This document shows positions 18,002-24,955 of a DNA stretch of 32,000 nt, in pieces (position 1 is the first letter of the stretch; the number at the start of each line of letters is the position of its first letter). Position numbers and translations under genes: made by a program. The notes under the pieces were generated by a model. That model was not told the DNA's origin and made no database searches. It saw only the letters and a list, made by a program, of their open reading frames with translations. The DNA comes from Aliivibrio fischeri ES114. Its GTDB lineage: Bacteria > Pseudomonadota > Gammaproteobacteria > Enterobacterales > Vibrionaceae. Location: NCBI RefSeq assembly GCF_000011805.1, contig NC_006840.2. One strand, written 5' to 3'.

Positions 18002-20278
18002 TTAATGGGGGCTTACCTGATTAAGACGTTGGTTTAATGAATTAATCATATTCGCAGGGGCGTATTTCTGTAGTTCATTAATACATGCTTTTGCTTTATT
18101 TGACTGATATTTCAATAACATGTCACATTGTGCAAATAAGTGCTGAGGGTTACCACTAATACCAAATGCACGCCCTAATGCATCGGCCGCTTGCTTACCA
18201 TTAAAGGATTCCATTGATAACCCATAAACATACCAATATTGTGCATTTTGTTTTTCTATCTGAGTTGCTTGTTTAAATCGATCTGCTGCTTCCGCTTTTT
18301 GATTCAAACGTAAAAGTGATAATCCTGCACTATAACGAAGTGCTCCTGAGTTAGGTTGCGCTTTAATGCCCTTTCTTAATATCTCGTATCCCTTATTTTC
18401 ATTACCTTGAGAGCGATATAAATCAGCAAGATTGACGTAACTATTCACAAAATACGGTTCTATCTCGATTGCGCCTAAATAAGCTTCTTCTGCTTTAACT
18501 AGCTCTCCCTGAGCACGGTACACATTACCTAAATTTGTTCGACCAAAGCCCCTGTCTGAATTAAATTTTTGAATCTCGATGTATTCATCTAGTACCGGTG
18601 CCAACTGCTCTCTTTGTAATGGATTCAATTCAGGCCAATAAGCAGCTAAAGCGCCTGCTGTCTCCGTCCTAATCGCTAATACAGGATCGGTTAATAAAGG
18701 AGAAATAATTTGCCAGCGATCAAATGCCTCATAGCCAGCAGAACCTTGAATGGCTCCTAACCTTATTAGCTCATCATTATTTTTAACCGCTCGTCCTAAA
18801 GCCACTAAGGTATTTTTACTCGGGAAAGCGCTTAGTCTCTGTAATGCAGAGCCTCTGATTATTCCTGCTTGTTTCGCATCTTGAGCGGTATAAGACAGTG
18901 CATCACCGGCTCCTCGATACTGAATATCTGATGCATAGAATGCCACGGCAAAGTGTTGTTGGTTTCTATACGGAGAATCAGGAAACCATTGTCCAACTTG
19001 CTCGTCAGCCCAAACATCATCTTTATCGTCATGACATTGGGTACAAACGTTCGGAGTACCAATGTTCTTACTAAGATCTAGTCTTGGTATTTGCCAGCTG
19101 TGATCACGCCTTGCATCAACTCCCATATAAACCGTTTCAGGCATATGGCACGTCGTACATTGAGAGGCTTCCGTATTAGCTAAATGAAAAGTGTGTTTCT
19201 CTGGTGTGTATTCTGATGCAATATGACATTGACTGCATATTGCTTCTTCTGGAATGCTTAATTTTGTCGTGTGTGGGTCATGACAATTTGTACATGTCAC
19301 CCCTTTTTTGGCCATTTTTGACTGCATAAATGAACCATAAACATAATCTTCATCATAAATTTGACCATCATTATGATAAAGCTCTGGAGTAATTAGACTT
19401 GGAAGGTAGCTATCCAGTAATGAACGCTCCTCGAGATCACCTTTTGTATGCGCTTGCGCCTCATTTAATTGAGTTCTACGACTATGGCACTGAGCACATA
19501 CAGTAATTTGATCCGTTTTGCGAATGGCTTTTGGTTGAAGAATGGATGAACCTTGTTTAAATACCCACTCTTTTACTGATTTGCTCAGATCACGATCAAA
19601 GCCATAATGAAGTCCAGTAGAACCCTCTTGCTTTTTACTCCATTTAATATGCTCACTAGCAGGGCCATGACACGCTTCACAACTGACATTTATTTCTGAC
19701 CATGAAGTCTCATAACTATTTTTCTCTGAATCGTAATTTTTTTGTACATTGGTTGAGTGGCAATCCGCGCACATGAAATTCCAATTTTGTCCTGTATTAG
19801 TCCAATAAAATTCGTCGGTTTTTTCCATATCAGGGTATAAATGATACCAACGTTGGCCACCCTGACTTTTGTGTCTTGAATCCCAAGCAAATGGAATTAA
19901 TTGAATTCGCCCATCGTCAAATTCAACCATGTACTGTTGTAGCGGTTCGAACCCAAATGTATAACTTATTTTATAATCATGAAATTGACCATCAGGCCCT
20001 TCAATATTGACCCAATACTCTTTGCCTTTTTTGAAAAATCGGTTAGTTTTACCTTCAAACTCAAAAGTAGCATCATCAAAATTGCCCAATACACTACTTT
20101 TATCCGCATGCTTCATCGCCATGTCATGATCCGATCCCTGCCAAGCATCAACGGCTTCTTTATGACAATCAATACAAGATTCGCTACCAATAAAATCAGC
20201 AGAAAATACAGTTGGTGAAAACAACATAATATTCACCCACATTACCAAAAATACGTAGGTAAGTTTTTTCTTAGTCAT
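18002..20278 (-). CDS. Octaheme c-type cytochrome fused to a C-terminal HEAT/TPR module (exported)
   Basis: Eight CxxCH motifs (CIDCH, CADCH, CEACH, CAQCH, CTNCH, CSQCH, CTTCH, CTQCH) in the N-terminal ~450 aa. Signal sequence MTKKKLTYVFLVMWVNIMLFSPTVFSA. C-terminal ~300 aa of HEAT/TPR repeats. I prefer the ATG at 20278 (RBS AAGGA) over the track start at 20317. Confidence 0.85.
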   Translation of the reverse strand: MTKKKLTYVFLVMWVNIMLFSPTVFSADFIGSESCIDCHKEAVDAWQGSDHDMAMKHADKSSVLGNFDDATFEFEGKTNRFFKKGKEYWVNIEGPDGQFHDYKISYTFGFEPLQQYMVEFDDGRIQLIPFAWDSRHKSQGGQRWYHLYPDMEKTDEFYWTNTGQNWNFMCADCHSTNVQKNYDSEKNSYETSWSEINVSCEACHGPASEHIKWSKKQEGSTGLHYGFDRDLSKSVKEWVFKQGSSILQPKAIRKTDQITVCAQCHSRRTQLNEAQAHTKGDLEERSLLDSYLPSLITPELYHNDGQIYDEDYVYGSFMQSKMAKKGVTCTNCHDPHTTKLSIPEEAICSQCHIASEYTPEKHTFHLANTEASQCTTCHMPETVYMGVDARRDHSWQIPRLDLSKNIGTPNVCTQCHDDKDDVWADEQVGQWFPDSPYRNQQHFAVAFYASDIQYRGAGDALSYTAQDAKQAGIIRGSALQRLSAFPSKNTLVALGRAVKNNDELIRLGAIQGSAGYEAFDRWQIISPLLTDPVLAIRTETAGALAAYWPELNPLQREQLAPVLDEYIEIQKFNSDRGFGRTNLGNVYRAQGELVKAEEAYLGAIEIEPYFVNSYVNLADLYRSQGNENKGYEILRKGIKAQPNSGALRYSAGLSLLRLNQKAEAADRFKQATQIEKQNAQYWYVYGLSMESFNGKQAADALGRAFGISGNPQHLFAQCDMLLKYQSNKAKACINELQKYAPANMINSLNQRLNQVSPH

Positions 20279-20424
20279 ATATATCCTTATACATCTTGAC
20301 CATAATTCTGATTTCAAAAGTAAACAAATAGCGATAAGTTAGATATAGTTCACTTGTTGTAAACTTTCCATTTAACTCATTGATTTTGCGTGTTCCCTCT
20401 TAATTTCTATTGCAATGCTTTTAT

Positions 20425-20450
20425 ATAAAAAGGGGCTCCGAAGAGCCCTC
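20425..20450 (-). terminator. Rho-independent terminator after the leftward sulfatase gene
   Basis: Stem GGGCTC/GAGCCC with a CGAA loop. The T-run is on the minus strand (plus-strand A-run 20427-20431). Confidence 0.7.
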
Positions 20451-20478
20451 TTAATTAGAACTGTCATGATAAATTAAG

Positions 20479-22026
20479 TTACTTACTATGAGGCTGTTGA
20501 AGTTTTTCCATTACCTGATCAAGACTGAAGCTTGCCGCTTTTTGACGAGGTGGGAATTCTTCAAATGTTTCTAAGTATTTTCCTACATAAGCTTGCGCTG
20601 GTACGAACATATAAGCGTGGTCTAACAACCAGTCATAATAAGTATTCGACGTTACATCAGCGACTTCATATGGGTCCATACGTAAGTTAAACAGTTTAGG
20701 CACACGTAATGTTACAAACGGTTCAGCCCAAATTTGAAGCGTGCCCTTCACACGTTGCTCCATAAATACGGCTTTCCACTTGTTATAACGAAGTGCAGCT
20801 AAATCACCATCATCCGTGAAGTAGAAAATTTCTTCACGACGGCCTTCTTTTTCTTTACCCGTTAAATAAGGTAAGAAGTTATAACCATCTAAGTGATTTT
20901 TAAAACTCTTATTACCAAGTTTTGTTCCTTTTTTCAGATCATCTTTAATATGATCATTACCAGCAGCTGCTGCAAAAGTTGGTAGCCAATCCATGTGGTG
21001 CATAATTTCATTCGATACTACACCTGGTTCAATTTTTCCTGGCCAACGCACCATTGCAGGAACACGATATGCCCCTTCCCAGTTTGTATTTTTCTCACTA
21101 CGGAACGGGGTTGTACCCGCATCCGGCCATGAGTTCATATGAGGGCCATTATCGGTAGAATAGAAAACAATGGTGTTATCTTTAATACCTAGTTTATCCA
21201 CTGTTTTTAAAAGTTCACCAACGTGGTTATCGTGCTCAACCATACCATCAGCATAGTTACTAATGCCTGTTGAACCTTGTAATTCAGGTTTTACGTGAGT
21301 TCTAAAGTGCATACGCGTGGCGTTCCACCATACAAAGAATGGCTTATCCGCTTTTACCGCTCGTCCCATAAAATCAATAGCTGCAGAAACCGTTTCATCA
21401 TCCACCGTTTCCATACGCTTACGAGTTAGAGGACCTGTATCTTCAATTTTTCCATCAGCAAAAGATTTAATTACACCACGAGGGCCAAATTTTTTGCGGA
21501 ATTCAGGATCTTTTGGATAGTCAATATTTTCAGGCTCTTCTTCAGCATTTAGGTGGTAAAGGTTACCAAAAAATTCGTCAAAGCCATGTGCTGTAGGAAG
21601 GAATTCGTCTTTATCACCAAGGTGGTTTTTACCAAATTGCCCTGTCATGTATCCCATAGGTTTAAGTACTTCAGCGATCGTTGCATCTTCAGCTTGTAGA
21701 CCGATATCTGCACCAGGTAATCCAACTTTACTTAGACCTGTACGTAGAACACTTTGTCCTGTGATAAAAGTTGATCGACCAGCGGTACATGATTGCTCAC
21801 CATAATAATCAGTAAACATCATGCCTTCTTTAGCAATACTATCGATATTTGGTGTTTTATATCCCATTAAACCAAAAGTATACGCACTGATATTAGACTG
21901 ACCGATATCATCGCCCCAAATAACCAGAATATTTGGCTTCTCTGCTGCTAATGTATACCCCGAAGCTCCCATTAACACTGCACTTAGTATTGTTAATCTA
22001 CGCTTCGTTCCTTTTTTGACTTCCAT
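20479..22026 (-). CDS. Exported Cys-type sulfatase (arylsulfatase family), paralog 1
   Basis: Signal peptide, metal-binding IWGDDIG, active-site SCTAGRSTFITG (Cys codon 21787-21789) and GKNHLGD. I prefer the start at MEVKKGTKRR (22026, RBS AGGAG) over the track start at 22110. Confidence 0.9.
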   Translation of the reverse strand: MEVKKGTKRRLTILSAVLMGASGYTLAAEKPNILVIWGDDIGQSNISAYTFGLMGYKTPNIDSIAKEGMMFTDYYGEQSCTAGRSTFITGQSVLRTGLSKVGLPGADIGLQAEDATIAEVLKPMGYMTGQFGKNHLGDKDEFLPTAHGFDEFFGNLYHLNAEEEPENIDYPKDPEFRKKFGPRGVIKSFADGKIEDTGPLTRKRMETVDDETVSAAIDFMGRAVKADKPFFVWWNATRMHFRTHVKPELQGSTGISNYADGMVEHDNHVGELLKTVDKLGIKDNTIVFYSTDNGPHMNSWPDAGTTPFRSEKNTNWEGAYRVPAMVRWPGKIEPGVVSNEIMHHMDWLPTFAAAAGNDHIKDDLKKGTKLGNKSFKNHLDGYNFLPYLTGKEKEGRREEIFYFTDDGDLAALRYNKWKAVFMEQRVKGTLQIWAEPFVTLRVPKLFNLRMDPYEVADVTSNTYYDWLLDHAYMFVPAQAYVGKYLETFEEFPPRQKAASFSLDQVMEKLQQPHSK

Positions 22027-22130
22027 ATAAACTCCTGTTTCCATTGATAAAAAGAGCATCATTAAAGGTATAGTACATAAACCTAAAACTAACAACGGAA
22101 TATACAACAATAATTTTACTTTTTAACTAC

Positions 22131-22145
22131 ATAACCACTAGTTAT
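22131..22145. promoter_or_regulatory. Dyad ATAACCACTAGTTAT (reverse complement ATAACTAGTGGTTAT) centred in the divergent sulfatase intergenic region
   Basis: It lies 104 nt from the leftward sulfatase start codon and 105 nt from the rightward one. An extra ATAAC half-site sits at 22153-22157. Confidence 0.6.
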
Positions 22146-22250
22146 GAACTTAATAACCAATTTCAGTACATCGTTTTTTCCGTATTTGCAGGATAATGCA
22201 GATCCCTTTCCAATATTATCTAGCTGAAATCATTCCTTCAGGAGATAGCG

Positions 22251-23801
22251 ATGAACAAAATAGTAAAAAAAACCGCCATTGCAACAGGCCTTGCTTTATC
22301 AGGGATCCAAGTAGCTTATGCTGCTGCTCAACCGAATATCCTTGTCATTTTTGGTGATGATATTGGTTATGGAAACATCTCTGCTTATAACCAAGGTATG
22401 CTCGGCTACCAAACGCCAAATATCGATAGCATTGCAAATGATGGGGCTCTCTTTACGTCTTATTACGGTCAACAATCTTGTACCGCTGGTCGCTCAGCTT
22501 TCATCACTGGTCAAATGCCCGTCCGTACAGGTCTAACTAAAGTTGGATTACCAGGAGCAAAACAGGGTTTACAAGCACAAGACATCACTCTTGCTCAAAC
22601 TTTAAAAGACCAAGGTTACGTTACTGGTCAATTTGGTAAAAACCACCTTGGTGACCGCGATGACATGCTGCCAACCAACCATGGTTTTGATGAATTTTTT
22701 GGTAACCTTTACCACCTAAATGCAGAAGAAGAACCAGAAAATGCAGACTACCCTAAAGACCCAACCTTCCGTAAAAACTTTGGGCCTCGTGGCGTTATTC
22801 ATTCATACGCAGATGGAAAAATTGAAGATACAGGTCCTCTAACTCGTAAACGCATGGAAACGGTTGATGAAGAAACGATGGATGCGGCGATGGACTTTAT
22901 GACCAGAGCAGTAAAAGCAGACAAACCTTTCTTCACTTGGTACAACGCAACTCGAATGCATATCAAAACTCACGTCAAAGCCGAGAATTCAGGAAAAACC
23001 GGACTTGGTGATTATGCAGATGGTATGGTTGAACATGACAACATTGTTGGAGACCTACTTGATAAAGTCGATGATCTAGGCATCAGTGATAACACTGTCA
23101 TCATTTACACAACCGATAACGGTCCAATGAATGCGACATGGCCTGATGCGGCCTTCAGTCCATTCCGTGGTGAGAAAAATACAGGTTGGGAAGGCGGTTT
23201 CCGTGTACCTGCAGTCATTAAATGGCCTGGACACATCAAACCTGGCACAAAACTTAATGGCATGTTTGCTGGTGAAGACTGGCTACCAACACTAACAGCA
23301 ATCGCTGGTAATAAAGACATTAAGCAAGAGCTACTTAAAGGCTACAAAGCGGATAATGGCAAAACGTATAAAAACCATCTAGACGGTTATAACCAAGTTA
23401 ACTACCTAACAGGTAAATCAAAAGAAAGTGCTCGCCAAGAGTTCTTCTACTGGTCTGATGATGGTGAATTACTGGCTATGCGTGATGGTCGCTGGAAAAT
23501 GCACTTCAAGATCCAAGAAAACCAAGGTTGGAAAGTATGGACTCGTGAATTTACAAATCTACGTATTCCTATGATTTTCGATCTACAAGTAGATCCATAC
23601 GAAAAAGCAGATCAAGGATTTGGATATGATTCATGGGTTTTTGATCATGTATTTTTGCTAGTCCCTACTCAAGCAAAAGTAGCAAAAATGATTGAAAGCT
23701 TTAAAGAGTTCCCACCACGTCAAGAAATTCCAAGCTTCTCTGTCGACAAAGTAATGGAACAGATGAAAAACATGGAAAAAGTAGCTAACGCTAGTAAATA
23801 A
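22251..23801 (+). CDS. Exported Cys-type sulfatase (arylsulfatase family), paralog 2
   Basis: Signal peptide MNKIVKKTAIATGLALSGIQVAYA, IFGDDIG, SCTAGRSAFITG (Cys codon 22479-22481) and GKNHLGD. By eye about 70% identical to paralog 1. RBS AGGAG. Confidence 0.92.
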   Translation: MNKIVKKTAIATGLALSGIQVAYAAAQPNILVIFGDDIGYGNISAYNQGMLGYQTPNIDSIANDGALFTSYYGQQSCTAGRSAFITGQMPVRTGLTKVGLPGAKQGLQAQDITLAQTLKDQGYVTGQFGKNHLGDRDDMLPTNHGFDEFFGNLYHLNAEEEPENADYPKDPTFRKNFGPRGVIHSYADGKIEDTGPLTRKRMETVDEETMDAAMDFMTRAVKADKPFFTWYNATRMHIKTHVKAENSGKTGLGDYADGMVEHDNIVGDLLDKVDDLGISDNTVIIYTTDNGPMNATWPDAAFSPFRGEKNTGWEGGFRVPAVIKWPGHIKPGTKLNGMFAGEDWLPTLTAIAGNKDIKQELLKGYKADNGKTYKNHLDGYNQVNYLTGKSKESARQEFFYWSDDGELLAMRDGRWKMHFKIQENQGWKVWTREFTNLRIPMIFDLQVDPYEKADQGFGYDSWVFDHVFLLVPTQAKVAKMIESFKEFPPRQEIPSFSVDKVMEQMKNMEKVANASK

Positions 23802-23814
23802 CATGAATAAGATT

Positions 23815-23840
23815 TAGGGCTCATATGGGCCCTATTTTGC
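23815..23840 (+). terminator. Weak candidate terminator or attenuator between sulfatase 2 and the AraC gene
   Basis: Stem TAGGGC/GCCCTA with an 8-nt loop followed by only TTTT. It is short and could permit read-through. Confidence 0.35.
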
Positions 23841-23869
23841 TATTTATAAGATACATAAAGGTGAAACCC

Positions 23870-24775
23870 ATGCAGACAAATGCAGACTTTACATTTGATG
23901 AGTTCAGTGAAAAATTATGGTCAATATTTCATGGACAAGCATTGATCACAAAATTTAGTTTTCCATTAAATGACGCCTGTTTCACGTTTAAATCTCTAAA
24001 ACGAAATAATGTAAATTTTTACCTATTTGAAAGCCCTGATCCATTATCTTTATTCAGTTTTCACCTTCCTTCTACATCACAGCCAAAAACATTGTTATTA
24101 CTCGATGTAGATAATGCTGGAATGCTTTTCAATGGAATTCTATGTGAGGAGCATCAATTTGCGTTAATTTCAGAAAAAAGCCAGCAACCATTTTGTTTAC
24201 AAATACCAGCTCACAGCCCTATTTTAGTATGTGATATCAATACCGATAACAAACAGTTTCATCAACTTTGCGGTAGTTTAGTACCTGTTGGGATTGATAT
24301 AAAATACGCAGAAGAATTAAAAATTGCCGTTCGTAATGCAAATAATATGTTTCCAAATAATCATTCCAATGTAGGTGCAACCTTATTGATGCATATTGTT
24401 GAGCTTTTATCTTTACATCCAATTCCAATGCGTCGCCAAGCATTAATGGGAAGAAGTCGTTTACCAAGACGCAATTTTATTCCTAAATGCATTGATTATA
24501 TGATGGAGATGTCCTCAACTGAGGCAATTAAACAACTCTCCAAAGAACGAAATATTTCAGAAAAAACCATTAGAAATGCATTTAAAGAAACAACAGGGTT
24601 CACCCCTAAAGAGTTTGAACAAATCAGTAAACTTTTTGCATTTCGTCGGGCCTTAAAGCAACCAGATATTAAAACTGTTTTTGAAGCAGCTATTGCGAGT
24701 GATGTGTATCGCTGGTCTCGTTATGCTAGTCGTTATTTTAAGATTTTTAATGAGTTACCAATTCAAACTCTTTGA
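23870..24775 (+). CDS. AraC/XylS-family transcriptional regulator
   Basis: C-terminal double HTH (ISEKTIRNAFKETTGFTPKEF ... SRYASRYFKIFNELP). The N-terminal ~190 aa has no recognisable ligand domain. I prefer the start at MQTNADF (23870) over 23825. Confidence 0.75.
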   Translation: MQTNADFTFDEFSEKLWSIFHGQALITKFSFPLNDACFTFKSLKRNNVNFYLFESPDPLSLFSFHLPSTSQPKTLLLLDVDNAGMLFNGILCEEHQFALISEKSQQPFCLQIPAHSPILVCDINTDNKQFHQLCGSLVPVGIDIKYAEELKIAVRNANNMFPNNHSNVGATLLMHIVELLSLHPIPMRRQALMGRSRLPRRNFIPKCIDYMMEMSSTEAIKQLSKERNISEKTIRNAFKETTGFTPKEFEQISKLFAFRRALKQPDIKTVFEAAIASDVYRWSRYASRYFKIFNELPIQTL

Positions 24776-24855
24776 GAAAGCTCTCAATTCACCTGAGTCA
24801 CAAGCGTGAACAAATAAAGCAAAATACCTATAGATTCAATAAGATAAATAACAAG

Positions 24856-24870
24856 ATAACTTTTGGTTAT
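24856..24870. promoter_or_regulatory. Dyad ATAACTTTTGGTTAT upstream of the third sulfatase gene
   Basis: It lies 85 nt upstream of the ATG at 24956 and differs by one base from the moxR-proximal copy. An extra ATAAC half-site sits at 24848-24852. Confidence 0.6.
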
Positions 24871-24955
24871 AAAGTCTATAAAGCGACGATTTAAAAATAT
24901 TTATTTATGATCTCCGCGAATTAAACACGACTATAACTATTATTTGGAGTTATTT

